A program made the position numbers and the translations under genes. DNA of 64,000 bases from a virus (taxonomy: Duplodnaviria > Caudoviricetes). Under the pieces are notes generated by a model. It was not told where the DNA came from. It saw nothing but the letters and a program-made list of their open reading frames with translations, and searched no databases. The stretch spans positions 299 to 64,298 of IMG/VR virus record IMGVR_UViG_3300044618_001634. One strand, written 5' to 3'. Shown one piece after another: positions 27,821 to 38,139 of this stretch (position 1 is its first letter; the number at the start of each line of letters is the position of its first letter).

Positions 27821-29890
27821 TTAACCTTTATAATTCTGCCAAGTCTTAAACAAACTACGTTCAAGTTCAACATTTTCTTCCATACTTACTTGGCGACGCA
27901 ATTGACTTGCAATCACCGGAATAGTTGTTTGACCAGTCGACTTAGGCTTGTTAAGGCCGCCGCTGTACTGTAGTGCATCGTCACTGGTTTCTGTATTAGT
28001 TGGCCAGTCTGGCTTGTTTTCATCAACCATTTTGGCGTCGCAACCGCACTCTGCCGAACCACATGTTGGGCAAGTATCCTGCGCACCACCTTCTAATCCT
28101 GCCATTTTGAGTAACTGTGCTAATATGTCTGCATCGTCGCCGTCGGCAGTAACTGTAATACTCTTGCGTGGTTCACCTTCTTCACCAGCAGACATATTAG
28201 CAGTGATACTCATGCCTTCGGCAATCATGTTTTCAACTTTTTTATCAAGATTTTCATAAATGCCGCCACCAAAGTTGTATCCACCCTTGTTGGATTCTTT
28301 TACTTTTTCTTCTTTTTTATCTTTTTTGTCATCGTACTCGATGTCTTTGGCAACTTTCTTACCAGCCTTTTCAGCACGTTGATCTTCTTTTTCAGTAGAC
28401 TCTTCATCTACATGAGCAGGCAATCCTTTGTGTTTGGTCTTGGCAAAGTCTTCAGCATCTTTTTTGCCCATTGACTTGGCTACTTTACCAACTTCCTTGC
28501 TGGCTGGCTTTTCACCTTTTTGTGCGGCATGAACCATGCCCATGAATTTTTGTTGTGCCTTGCTTTTTGCTTTTTCAGCAATAGGCTCTTCTTCGGCACG
28601 CTCTGCATGCTGTGACAACATGTAATCACGGGCTGTGTCAATGTACTCTTTGGCCAATGTAATTTTTTTCTGTACCCACTCTGGCAAGTTTTCTTCGTCT
28701 TTGAGTATGCGATGCAATTCTTTGGCTGCATTCATAATAGTGTGCATCTGCTCTTTAGCCATGTCGCCTTCACGATCATACTCGCCATGATCAACACCTT
28801 CGCTGCTCATATTGCTTGCTCGTGTCATCATAACACCGTCGGTGTCAAGATCTTCTTCGGTCTTTTCTTTCTTCACACGCTTGCCATTGACCATTTTATA
28901 TTTCCAACTTCCTTTGGTCACAGTCTCTTGATCTTTTGGTTTTGCAGATTTTGGACGGCCTTTTTTCTTGGGCTCGTCGCTTTTAGCTTCGTCGTCGGTG
29001 TCAATTTCTGTGTCAACTGCTTTACGAGTATAACGCTTGCTGTAGCCAGTGTCTTGTACGTCATAACGACTGTGTGACTCAGCATCTTTTTTTGCTTGTT
29101 GTTGTTTCATAAAGTCAGCGTCAAATGCTGTGCCTTTGCTACGTGGCTCTTTCTTTTTGCCAATTGCACCTTTGATTGCTTCGGCTGCAACATCGCCTAA
29201 CATTTCGTCAACTTCTTTTTTAGCGCCAGCAATCTTGTCAGCAAATGTAATCTTGTCTGTGGGAGGAGCTAACTTAGCAAATGATTTTTGCTTTGGGGTC
29301 ATTGCTGTCTCAAAGCCAACAATGTCGGCTTCCTCAATACTACTTGTATCTGTAAATTCTTTGTTGCCTACTTTAAACTTACCACCCTTTGGTGTACTAG
29401 CCAAGGCGCCAGTAAATGCGTTACCTTCGTCGGTCATTCCTTGACTTTCGTCATACTTGTCATACCGGTTGCGAATGTTACTCATAGTCTTGTCGCTGGC
29501 ATGCTCACGTCCGGCTTTTTGCAAGGCCTTCATGCCCTCATCACCATATTTCTTTTTACCAATAGCTGCTTGGAATGCACTTTCATCCATTTCACTTTCT
29601 TTTGGATGACGCAACTTGTTCAACACAGCACCGGCCACACGCTCACCAGCGTCCTTAGAACCATAACGCTCAGCAGCACCTTTGGCAATCTTGCCAAAGT
29701 TTTTGCCTGGCTGACCTAGGTCTTTGCCAGCACGGCCAGCTTTGGCACTGTAACCGGCTTCGGCTACATCTAATGACTCTGCCAGCTTGCTCTTAGGAGC
29801 AGTAGCTTTAGCATCTTCGCTAATTTGTTTAGCGTCTTGTTTAGCAGCCAGTTTGGCCAATCTTGCATTTAGGTCGTAAAAAAAACTCAT
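27821..29890 (-). CDS. Modular Lys/Glu-rich prohead core/internal protein
   Basis: 689 aa of charged modules separated by x-x-E sites, including a DUF3008-like AKSKAQQKF...DFAKTKHKGLP module. Confidence 0.65.
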   Translation of the reverse strand: MSFFYDLNARLAKLAAKQDAKQISEDAKATAPKSKLAESLDVAEAGYSAKAGRAGKDLGQPGKNFGKIAKGAAERYGSKDAGERVAGAVLNKLRHPKESEMDESAFQAAIGKKKYGDEGMKALQKAGREHASDKTMSNIRNRYDKYDESQGMTDEGNAFTGALASTPKGGKFKVGNKEFTDTSSIEEADIVGFETAMTPKQKSFAKLAPPTDKITFADKIAGAKKEVDEMLGDVAAEAIKGAIGKKKEPRSKGTAFDADFMKQQQAKKDAESHSRYDVQDTGYSKRYTRKAVDTEIDTDDEAKSDEPKKKGRPKSAKPKDQETVTKGSWKYKMVNGKRVKKEKTEEDLDTDGVMMTRASNMSSEGVDHGEYDREGDMAKEQMHTIMNAAKELHRILKDEENLPEWVQKKITLAKEYIDTARDYMLSQHAERAEEEPIAEKAKSKAQQKFMGMVHAAQKGEKPASKEVGKVAKSMGKKDAEDFAKTKHKGLPAHVDEESTEKEDQRAEKAGKKVAKDIEYDDKKDKKEEKVKESNKGGYNFGGGIYENLDKKVENMIAEGMSITANMSAGEEGEPRKSITVTADGDDADILAQLLKMAGLEGGAQDTCPTCGSAECGCDAKMVDENKPDWPTNTETSDDALQYSGGLNKPKSTGQTTIPVIASQLRRQVSMEENVELERSLFKTWQNYKG

Positions 29891-29895
29891 TTATA

Positions 29896-30504
29896 TTATC
29901 CTCTTGGGTTTGCGCCAGTGGCTGGCTTTGGTGGACGACTTACTTTAGTCATTGGACTTTTATTGCCCATTGGTAAATCATTTGTTGTTTTGGCAGGAGG
30001 TGTCTTACCACCGGCCACAGTGAAGTCACTGCGATATGTATTTTTCAACACCGCATGTTGATATGGATTGGCCGAATAGTCTTTACTCAGTGCCTTTTGT
30101 TCAGCATCTGGTGCAGGATAATCTGTGTCAGTCAACAAATCTTTGTTTTGATCTTCAACTTTTTCTTTTTCTTCTGCCATGCTATCTTCATACGGCACAG
30201 TTAACATACGAATACGATTTGGATCAAGTCCTAGAAGTTGAGCAAGTTGTTGAACTTGTGGCTCAATTGCTGGATAGCGGAATTCCACATCCATGTGAGT
30301 CACTCGGTCGTTTTCAAATGCAGGAAAGTCTGCTGGTTTCAACTGCACAGGCGTAGTCTTAGGAGCAGAAATTTTAACAATGTCAAATTGTTTTAATTTT
30401 TCCTCTAACTCTTTTAAGAAGTATGCTGGTGCTTCACCTACAAATTTAATGCGATAATTGTAGGTTCGTTCGCTTTCTGTTAGATAATCTTTGAAATGTT
30501 TCAT
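29896..30504 (-). CDS. Putative head-associated protein
   Basis: N-terminus MKHFKDYLTE resembles the T4 capsid-targeting sequence; ATAAATA and AGGA upstream. Confidence 0.6.
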   Translation of the reverse strand: MKHFKDYLTESERTYNYRIKFVGEAPAYFLKELEEKLKQFDIVKISAPKTTPVQLKPADFPAFENDRVTHMDVEFRYPAIEPQVQQLAQLLGLDPNRIRMLTVPYEDSMAEEKEKVEDQNKDLLTDTDYPAPDAEQKALSKDYSANPYQHAVLKNTYRSDFTVAGGKTPPAKTTNDLPMGNKSPMTKVSRPPKPATGANPRG

Positions 30505-30524
30505 ATTATTTTCCTATATGATAT

Positions 30525-31013
30525 TTATGCTTCTTTGTTCTTTTGGTCATTTGCGCCCTTGAGCATTTCCAAAAGATCATTACGACTCAGCACCTGGCCG
30601 TGTGCTGTTTGTGATGGTTCGTCGCCTTGTACATCACGGTCTAATTTGACTTTTTTCATTTGCAACTCAATCATCTTGAGTTTTTTATTAAGTTTGGCTG
30701 TTTTAGCTGTCAGCGCATGCCCTAACATGGCGCCTGCAACTGCAAAGATTTCACTAGCATATCTGCTGTCTACATTAAACCCAAGATCCATCAGATTATC
30801 AAACGTCTCCTGCGCTTTACTAGCAATGTCGTCCATTTCCTGGTCGCTAGCATCTAATCCTTTAACTGCCGGAAGTGCCTGATCAATTTTATCAATGGTA
30901 TCATTGATGTCTACTATAGCCGACTGTGTTGCAGGTATTGTTGTAATTTCTGCAGGGTCGGATTGATCAACAGCTTTGGGTAAATCAAAAAGGTCTTCAA
31001 GTTTGCGAGTCAT
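30525..31013 (-). CDS. Terminase small subunit gp16-like
   Basis: 162-aa helical protein with a gp16-like layout (L..LFD start, central helices, LLEML tail); late box. Confidence 0.5.
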   Translation of the reverse strand: MTRKLEDLFDLPKAVDQSDPAEITTIPATQSAIVDINDTIDKIDQALPAVKGLDASDQEMDDIASKAQETFDNLMDLGFNVDSRYASEIFAVAGAMLGHALTAKTAKLNKKLKMIELQMKKVKLDRDVQGDEPSQTAHGQVLSRNDLLEMLKGANDQKNKEA

Positions 31014-31043
31014 AGCGTATTTACCGTATTTTAACGGAGGTTG

Positions 31044-31475
31044 CTACTTTCGCCCATTACGAAATATTTGATCTTCGTTAATAACCCTAAAGGTCAGTCC
31101 GTTTCGACGAGCCCACTTGGTGGCAGCATCCCACTTGGAATAGTTAACAGCCACAATTGCTCGTTCTTTTGCGCTGGCTTTGCTTTCAATAATGCTTTGT
31201 TTTTTGGGTTTAATTTCAATTAACTCAGCTACAACTTGATTGTTTTTGGTACGATATGTGATTAAAAAATCTGGTATGTACATGCTGGACTTGCCAGTTA
31301 TTGGATTGCGGTATGGTATACTAACGCTTTCGCTGGCCCATTGAAGGATATGATCGTTGGTGTCGCAAAAACGCATGAATGCGTGTTCCCAACCACTGCG
31401 ATATCTAGGAGTACCTTTGCCTACATACTTGTCTGAATTAAGAATTTGATAACTGCCTTGGGCAAATTTGCTCAT
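31044..31475 (-). CDS. gp4-like head completion nuclease (TnsA-like PD-(D/E)xK)
   Basis: KYVG, YRSGWE, WASE, YIPDF, IEIKP, KWDAA. Confidence 0.9.
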   Translation of the reverse strand: MSKFAQGSYQILNSDKYVGKGTPRYRSGWEHAFMRFCDTNDHILQWASESVSIPYRNPITGKSSMYIPDFLITYRTKNNQVVAELIEIKPKKQSIIESKASAKERAIVAVNYSKWDAATKWARRNGLTFRVINEDQIFRNGRK

Positions 31476-31831
31476 AATCGAATGTTGTGTGCGGCGTAGT
31501 AATTTGGTGTAGTTGGTGCATTGAGTCCTAGCAAGGTACTAGAACTTCTGTTGCCGTTGAGATAATAAGCCAATGTCAGTGTTAACTCTGGCACACCAAG
31601 CCCTTGAATTTGTTGCAATAATGTCATTACAGGAATGTCGCTTTGTTCTGCAATTCTGAACAAGGTAACAGCAAAATTTCCTGCGGCTTCGGCTGTGCCA
31701 AACACACTGTTTAAATAACTAAACACTGCATCATATTCTTGTGCAGGAACGTTGGCAGAATATGCATAGAACTCGTCAAAAATTTGTACGGTTTGATCAA
31801 TCTTGTTATTGATACTGTTGACTGATCCCAT
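31472..31831 (-). CDS. Conserved hypothetical virion protein
   Basis: 119-aa ORF coupled within the tail operon. Confidence 0.6.
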   Translation of the reverse strand: MGSVNSINNKIDQTVQIFDEFYAYSANVPAQEYDAVFSYLNSVFGTAEAAGNFAVTLFRIAEQSDIPVMTLLQQIQGLGVPELTLTLAYYLNGNRSSSTLLGLNAPTTPNYYAAHNIRL

Positions 31832-31833
31832 GA

Positions 31834-33057
31834 TTACCGTCCTTGATTATTAAGTAATGATTGAGTAGGAGTTGGCAACTGAACTGTGGTTTGTCCATTT
31901 AATCCAATGGCAGGACCGGCGGCTTTTGGAAATACCATTCCATTAGCACTGTTCATAGCAACTCTTACTGCGGCTGGCAACACCTGTCTGGCAGCGTCTT
32001 GAGCATATTGACGAAGTTCTGTATTGGCCAGGCTCTTAAGATCTTTGCCTTTGAATGTTTCATATGATGTTCCGGCTTTTTGTATGGCACCAAGTATGTT
32101 TTGCACACCACCGCGACCACTTGCCAATGCTGCTAAGTCTGAGAATGTTCCCTCAACCGCATCTACTAGGCCGCCTTGTCCAAACACCGTGGCAGTTGAG
32201 CCTGGACGTGCCAGTGCGCTCTTAACTGTATCGTAACGATTAGGATCACCAAACCCAACTACAGTATTACTAGGAGTTGCGCCGCCCACTGCGCCACTAC
32301 CATACTTGACTGTTTCATATCTAATACTCATAGTATGTGTCATTATATCGCCACCCGCGGTATAATCATAGGTGTCGTGTTGCCACTCGGTGATCATTGG
32401 ATTGATCAATGTATAACTTGCATACTTTTTTTGACTAAGACCGTATATGGTTATATCTCTGAAGAATGCAGGTTTACCGCCTTCTTTGCCAGCACCAATG
32501 TTTTTTAATCCATCCGAGTAGCTTTCACCAATATATCCCCAATCGTTGACTGGACGGCTGTTGGTATAGGTGTCTCTGGTGTTGTAACTAAACCCTTGTT
32601 GCATGCTGGCCAATTGTCCAATGGTTCCGTCAGTTACTGCAGCTCCTTGATATGAATTGGCTGTGTCTTTGTAGTAGTAACTCATGTAGTTGTACCACAT
32701 GTTGCGAATCAAGTCTCCTTGATCGTCGTTAAAAACAATTTGTACAGGATTATAATCTAGTTTAGTTTGAACCAATCTTTTACGATTGTATTGATTCATT
32801 GTTTCTACATTTATTGTGTAGCTTGGTAATTGTGCGGACTTGACTACAAGTCCAACTGTGGCAACATCACCGCTACCAAACACCTTCTGTAATGCAGGAA
32901 TTTGTCCAGTGTTGATGTTAAAAAACACGTGGAAAAGAAATTTATAACGAGGCAGTAACTCGTACTGATTGGTCCTAAAGATTTTGGATGCATGCGCATA
33001 ATCTTTAAGACCATCGACACCAAAGAACCCCTGAAGGAAATCCTGGCCGAAACTCAT
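31834..33057 (-). CDS. Tube-like baseplate protein (gp48/gp54-like)
   Basis: Follows gp19; VKSAQLPSY...NQYNRKR...YNPVQIVFNDD resembles a tube fold. Confidence 0.6.
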   Translation of the reverse strand: MSFGQDFLQGFFGVDGLKDYAHASKIFRTNQYELLPRYKFLFHVFFNINTGQIPALQKVFGSGDVATVGLVVKSAQLPSYTINVETMNQYNRKRLVQTKLDYNPVQIVFNDDQGDLIRNMWYNYMSYYYKDTANSYQGAAVTDGTIGQLASMQQGFSYNTRDTYTNSRPVNDWGYIGESYSDGLKNIGAGKEGGKPAFFRDITIYGLSQKKYASYTLINPMITEWQHDTYDYTAGGDIMTHTMSIRYETVKYGSGAVGGATPSNTVVGFGDPNRYDTVKSALARPGSTATVFGQGGLVDAVEGTFSDLAALASGRGGVQNILGAIQKAGTSYETFKGKDLKSLANTELRQYAQDAARQVLPAAVRVAMNSANGMVFPKAAGPAIGLNGQTTVQLPTPTQSLLNNQGR

Positions 33058-33063
33058 AATCGT

Positions 33064-33705
33064 TTAGATTGTAGTTTCGGAAGTACCAGCGCCTGTTGCA
33101 ACATCACCAACGGTTCTGCCAACAGTAGCTCCAATACCGCTACCAGTTGGGGTTTGTAATGCATTGTCAAAACGCAAGGTCATGGAAATTGTAGCCACAG
33201 CACTCTCGCCGTAGTCCATATTGTTGTAGTTTACTTCTTGTAAGTAGCAACCATAAATTTCCCAAGTTTCAAGAGCAATTGGTTCATATGCGCCATTGCC
33301 GCCGTCCAATACTTCAAACCGTGTAAGGAATTTGTAATCGATACCACTAGCAGCAGATGATTGCTCCATGAAGTCTAGTTGTTTCTGTAACTGTTCGCCA
33401 ACCAACTTAGAAACTGTACCGCCGGCATCATCACGCACTTGGCATGTAAGGTCGCCCCAACTGTGTTTGCCAGCAAGTTTGATTGTGCTGTTATACACAG
33501 GAACATCAATATTTTCAAAGGTAACAGTTGGACGTGTAAAGTCCATAACCTGTTTGGTTAATTCTGTTCTAGGTGTGCTCACACCAAAGTTTTCAAATAC
33601 CACTCTAAAGCGGTATTTGAGTTTGGGCATCAACAATCCCTGATTTGGGTTACTTTGGTCACTTGCCAAAGGTACTGTCATTCTACTAAGCGATGAAACG
33701 GCCAT
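33064..33705 (-). CDS. gp19 tail tube protein
   Basis: KLAGKHSWGDLTCQVRDD, WEIYGCY, ISMTLRFD; directly after the sheath gene. Confidence 0.85.
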   Translation of the reverse strand: MAVSSLSRMTVPLASDQSNPNQGLLMPKLKYRFRVVFENFGVSTPRTELTKQVMDFTRPTVTFENIDVPVYNSTIKLAGKHSWGDLTCQVRDDAGGTVSKLVGEQLQKQLDFMEQSSAASGIDYKFLTRFEVLDGGNGAYEPIALETWEIYGCYLQEVNYNNMDYGESAVATISMTLRFDNALQTPTGSGIGATVGRTVGDVATGAGTSETTI

Positions 33706-33750
33706 TTGTTATCTCCTGTGTACTATTATTTATCGTAATCTATTCAAGTA

Positions 33751-33778
33751 GTTTTTGGGGCTATTACACCCCAAAAAC
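33751..33778. terminator. Hairpin between the sheath and tube genes
   Basis: GTTTTTGGGG-N8-CCCCAAAAAC inverted repeat. Confidence 0.5.
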
Positions 33779-33786
33779 CTTATGCA

Positions 33787-36700
33787 TTAAGACGCCAGTC
33801 CTGCAGCAATCTCTCCTGTGTTCTTGATACGAACTGGAATATAGATGAACTCAACTGCTTTAACGGGTTCAATCGCTATATCTACGTAGAGTTCATTACG
33901 ATCAATACGTGCTGGGGTATTATTGGTCAGATCACAAATTACCAAGTAGTCATAGATACCACGTTTGGCTACCAAGTCGATCATCAAACTATCAATTGAA
34001 TTACGGATCTCGTTACGTGTAATTTGGTCATTTGGTTCAAACAAGAATTGTTTACCAATGCTTTCTAAACGTCCACGGATAAATGCAATCAACCGTGCCA
34101 CGTTAATACGATCCAACGCACTTGTTACCTGGGTGGTTGTCTTGTTACCAAAGTTGGTAATACCAACACCTGGAATAAAGGTAATTGGATTGATACTGTT
34201 TTCGTATAGTGTGTCACGCAATCCTTGACGTACACCTAGGCTTTCAAACTCGCCTGTTACACTGTTAATATAACCAATCTGTGCAGCATTATCAACTACA
34301 CCGCGACGTGTTCCAGCAGGTGCCAACCAAGGAAACGCCACTTCGTCGTTACGAATAATTGTACGAAGCATCATGTGACTTGGTGGTTGTACCACTGCAC
34401 TACCTGTGGTATCTGTGGTTTGGCAACTTGGATAGAATACACCACTGTAAACATCTCGTGTGATCAAGCCATCTGCTGTTGACAATCCAAGACCGTCGTT
34501 ATTGCTGGCCCATGGTAAAATATCTTCTGGTGCCAACCGCAATGGTGTGTCACTCACAACAAACGCTGTGTTGTTGCGTTCGTTGTTGAGTGCTACCAAG
34601 TTAGGCAACAGTTCTGGATACTGCGGGGAAGCAATCAAGTTAAACACACGTTGTTCTTCACGAGCACCGGTGCTTGTATCAACGCCTGCTTTGAGTGCTT
34701 GTACAATCAAGGCACGTTGAGCTTGGCGGCCCATGTATGGACTGCCGTCGTTCTTGTTGCCACTGGCTGTTACCCATGCATTTGTTTCTGTAGGCAATAC
34801 GCTGTCAGGGAATGTTGTAGCGTTGAAGTAATCAACTTGGAAGCTCTTGACATTGAAGCCCGAACGACGTGTGTTGAATAACAACATGCCTTGTGGATAC
34901 AAGCTAGGATCAGGAGCATCTAAATCCAAATAGTCGCTGGTCAACAAACTTTCGATTGTTGGGTAAGGATCTGTGATTGGATTGGTTGTACCGTTTGGTG
35001 CCCAACGTGCATCTGCAAACAATACACCATTCTCTGTAGTTTGGTCGGTATTATCAATAGTGACCCACTGATCTGCACCATTTACCAAACTCCAACGACT
35101 AATTACTGGATAGTTTTCTAAATCACTTGTGTCAATCCACAAATCTCCATATTGCAATGGGCTTTGTGCTTCGTCGTTTTGTGTGAGTGGTGCTGTGGCA
35201 CTAAAGATAGGACCACTTGCATTGGTCAAACTTAAATTGTCACCGCGCACATCATTAGTAACGTTTTGATAGCCAAACCATTCGCCATTGTCTTGAATCA
35301 TAATGTCAACTTGGTTTGTAGCTGAGTAGTACCATAAACGTCCGTCAGCTGGATCTTGATCCGGCGCAGAATCACTGGCTGTGTAGGTAAATGTTGTCGA
35401 CCCTACCCAGTTACTCAAAATAAGACCTTGTGCTACACCGTTGTTGTAGCGTTGACGAATTCCGCGCACTGTGGTATTGAATCCAGCTGTTGTTACAGGA
35501 GTTCCAATACTGTTAATCAAAATGATTGTACCACCTTGGCTGTGAGTCAACACAATTGAGCCGGCACTATTAACCGATGCACTTACATATGGAACTGCAG
35601 CAGCACTAACAGCAGCCACAAAGTTTGAAACTGTTGTTCCAGTTAATGTTGCAGTTACTGGCGTTGAGAATGTGCCACTTTCAGAACTAGAAGCACTGAT
35701 TGTAAATGTATTTCCACTTATAAACGGACCAGGTGCACTGTTATCGCCAGTGATTATTGTAGAGCCAGTTGAGTATCTTTCCAATAAAAGGAATGTGCTG
35801 GTTGAATCGTTGTAAATGTCACCTTGAGCATAGGTGCTACCAGCTGTGATGGTTTTGCCGCCGCCACTTGGGTCAATTGCAAAGTTAGCAGCTGCATCGT
35901 TACCATAAACATTACAACTTTGCTGTACAAAGGTGCCCAGTGTGCTGTTATATTTTTTAACAATAAGATTTGTTCCTAAATTTACATTGTTAATTTTTTG
36001 CCACACAGAACCAGTTGGACGTCCACCGTTGGTGTCAGATGTTCTCCAACGTGGTACATTGTAGCTGTAATTTGCATAAAAGTCTGGAGCAACATACAAA
36101 CTAGCTGTGATGCCCAATGCTGTCAGTGGTGTTCCTGTTCCGTTGGCAATTTCAACTAGGCCTTCGCCCAATGAACTACCGTCGCTGATTGCAAAACGAT
36201 CAGCATAAATTTGTAATTTGTTGCCAATAAACGCTGAATAAACGCCAGTGATATTAGCATTGTTAATGTCATTACTTACAGATTCAACATCGGTGCCAGT
36301 CAATATAACATTGGTCCCGTTAATAACAATACTGTTACTAACAACCAGAGTTGGATTAGAGTTAGCGCCCTGTATTGTAGGCCATGCTGTTTTCCAGTCA
36401 TCGCTTCCTAACAATACCCAGGTGTTGTATAATTCACTCAAATAGATACTGCTGGTTTCTGCAGATGTTGGACCACCACGCTTGTAATAACTAGGATTAA
36501 GTGTGCTAGTCGCTGTAACTGCATAATCGCCAATGCTTCCAAGACTTTGCAATGGCACTGTGCTTGATGTTTCTAAGTCAGCAGTATCTGTGATTACCAG
36601 TGGTACTTTGTTTGTAAATGCGCTGGTAACTTGATTCCACTCAAAAATTCCCCATAGTGTGTTAGCAGTATCCAACCAGTATGTTCCTTCGTTTGGACTG

Positions 36701-37083
36701 CCGGTTGGACGAACCAATGTTGCTGTTAATTCAGCAAGATCAATGTCCACACGCTGAATATAACAACGATTAGAAACGCCCAATGCACTGTAGGCAGCCA
36801 ATAACCCGTATTCGTTGAGTTCGTAACCGTTGATCGGTGTTCCTGTTGTAGTTTTATAAAAGAAGGGATTGCCAAATGTAGCCAACAAATCACGCTGACT
36901 GCTCATTAAGTAAACACGATTTGCGTTGGCTGCCAATGTGCCAGCTGCAACGCCAACTCCGGCACCAGAAACTTTGTTCTGTGCTGTTGCTAATAAAATG
37001 TACGGTACCGAGTTAGTTGCTGATGGAATATATTGACTTTCATCAATAATGCTAACTTGTACGCCAGGTGATATAAGTGCCAT
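33787..37083 (-). CDS. gp18 tail sheath protein with a large insertion
   Basis: MALISPGVQVSIIDES start; C-terminal PWLAPAGTRRG, INPI, DRINVARL, FEPND, PVKAVEFIYIP. Confidence 0.95.
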   Translation of the reverse strand: MALISPGVQVSIIDESQYIPSATNSVPYILLATAQNKVSGAGVGVAAGTLAANANRVYLMSSQRDLLATFGNPFFYKTTTGTPINGYELNEYGLLAAYSALGVSNRCYIQRVDIDLAELTATLVRPTGSPNEGTYWLDTANTLWGIFEWNQVTSAFTNKVPLVITDTADLETSSTVPLQSLGSIGDYAVTATSTLNPSYYKRGGPTSAETSSIYLSELYNTWVLLGSDDWKTAWPTIQGANSNPTLVVSNSIVINGTNVILTGTDVESVSNDINNANITGVYSAFIGNKLQIYADRFAISDGSSLGEGLVEIANGTGTPLTALGITASLYVAPDFYANYSYNVPRWRTSDTNGGRPTGSVWQKINNVNLGTNLIVKKYNSTLGTFVQQSCNVYGNDAAANFAIDPSGGGKTITAGSTYAQGDIYNDSTSTFLLLERYSTGSTIITGDNSAPGPFISGNTFTISASSSESGTFSTPVTATLTGTTVSNFVAAVSAAAVPYVSASVNSAGSIVLTHSQGGTIILINSIGTPVTTAGFNTTVRGIRQRYNNGVAQGLILSNWVGSTTFTYTASDSAPDQDPADGRLWYYSATNQVDIMIQDNGEWFGYQNVTNDVRGDNLSLTNASGPIFSATAPLTQNDEAQSPLQYGDLWIDTSDLENYPVISRWSLVNGADQWVTIDNTDQTTENGVLFADARWAPNGTTNPITDPYPTIESLLTSDYLDLDAPDPSLYPQGMLLFNTRRSGFNVKSFQVDYFNATTFPDSVLPTETNAWVTASGNKNDGSPYMGRQAQRALIVQALKAGVDTSTGAREEQRVFNLIASPQYPELLPNLVALNNERNNTAFVVSDTPLRLAPEDILPWASNNDGLGLSTADGLITRDVYSGVFYPSCQTTDTTGSAVVQPPSHMMLRTIIRNDEVAFPWLAPAGTRRGVVDNAAQIGYINSVTGEFESLGVRQGLRDTLYENSINPITFIPGVGITNFGNKTTTQVTSALDRINVARLIAFIRGRLESIGKQFLFEPNDQITRNEIRNSIDSLMIDLVAKRGIYDYLVICDLTNNTPARIDRNELYVDIAIEPVKAVEFIYIPVRIKNTGEIAAGLAS

Positions 37084-37181
37084 GGTAATTCCTTTTTTCT
37101 AGTTAAAGATATTTATCGGAATGCCTAAAAAGAGCATGGTATTGGTGCCCTTACTGTAAGGTTCGCAATAATAAATACCAC

Positions 37182-37526
37182 ATGAGACCCATATGTCCTG
37201 CCTGTAATCAACGCCCAAGGGCTATAAATTGCCACAGAGACGGCATAATTTATTACCGCAGCAAGTGTGAAATGTGCAATCGCAAAGGTAGGAAAATCAA
37301 ACCGCCAACACCAAGATGGGAATTAAGCGGATATAAGAAAAAACCCACATGTGATCGATGTGGGTTCAAAGCAAAATATGCAGGGCAGTTGCTAGTATAT
37401 CACGTCGATGGCAACATGAATAATAGCAGTCTGCGCAATTTAAAAACCATTTGTTTAAATTGTGTTGTAGACGTTAAGAAGAGCTTGTCAACTTGGCGGC
37501 CCGGGGATCTTGAACCAGACTCTTAA
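37182..37526 (+). CDS. Zinc-finger/HNH-like protein
   Basis: Four CxxC pairs; YHVDGNMNN...NL..IC.NC; ATAAATA 4 nt before the ATG. Confidence 0.65.
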   Translation: MRPICPACNQRPRAINCHRDGIIYYRSKCEMCNRKGRKIKPPTPRWELSGYKKKPTCDRCGFKAKYAGQLLVYHVDGNMNNSSLRNLKTICLNCVVDVKKSLSTWRPGDLEPDS

Positions 37527-38139
37527 TTTGTTTGTAAAGATTATCAAGTCCGTCGGCATTGTTATCAATTATAGCATCAAATTCCGTACCAACCCAAGCT
37601 GTTTCGCTGGCATGAACATTAAACTTTTCCAAGCGGTCTTTGCTTAACCGCCATTCTATGTTGTTAGGACCCTGATTTACAATTTTAGCCAAATCGTACC
37701 ATTCGGGTTCTGGACCGCGAATTACCCTAATAACAATGCCGTCGGCATCTTTGATTGCTTTAATTTCGTTAGGAAAACGGCAGTCAGAAATCACTACGTC
37801 ATCGGTGGTTTTTCGAAGTTTATTTTCCAGGCTTGCAATCCAGATGTTGTCGTGAAAACCTTTACGGCAAACTTCTGTGCCCCAAAGTTGCAATACTAGC
37901 CTAGGAGTTAAATTAGGCATGTTTAAGCGTTCAGCCCACCATGTGTCAACTTGTTCGCGCCAGGCACGGCTTTCTTTGGTGCGCCCTTCCAGCAACTCGC
38001 GATCCCACCCAAACACTGCAGCTACAGCATCTTTAAGGGTGTGGGCAAATGACTCACGTCGGAACTGATGTATGTTTTGCAAGTAATCTGCAGTGGTATC
38101 TTTTCCAGATCCAATAAGTCCACATACACCAATAATCAT
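37474..38139 (-). CDS. gp1 deoxynucleoside monophosphate kinase
   Basis: GLIGSGKDT, FAHTLK, PRLVLQLWGTE, SDCRFPNE, HASE. Confidence 0.9.
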   Translation of the reverse strand: MIIGVCGLIGSGKDTTADYLQNIHQFRRESFAHTLKDAVAAVFGWDRELLEGRTKESRAWREQVDTWWAERLNMPNLTPRLVLQLWGTEVCRKGFHDNIWIASLENKLRKTTDDVVISDCRFPNEIKAIKDADGIVIRVIRGPEPEWYDLAKIVNQGPNNIEWRLSKDRLEKFNVHASETAWVGTEFDAIIDNNADGLDNLYKQIKSLVQDPRAAKLTSSS

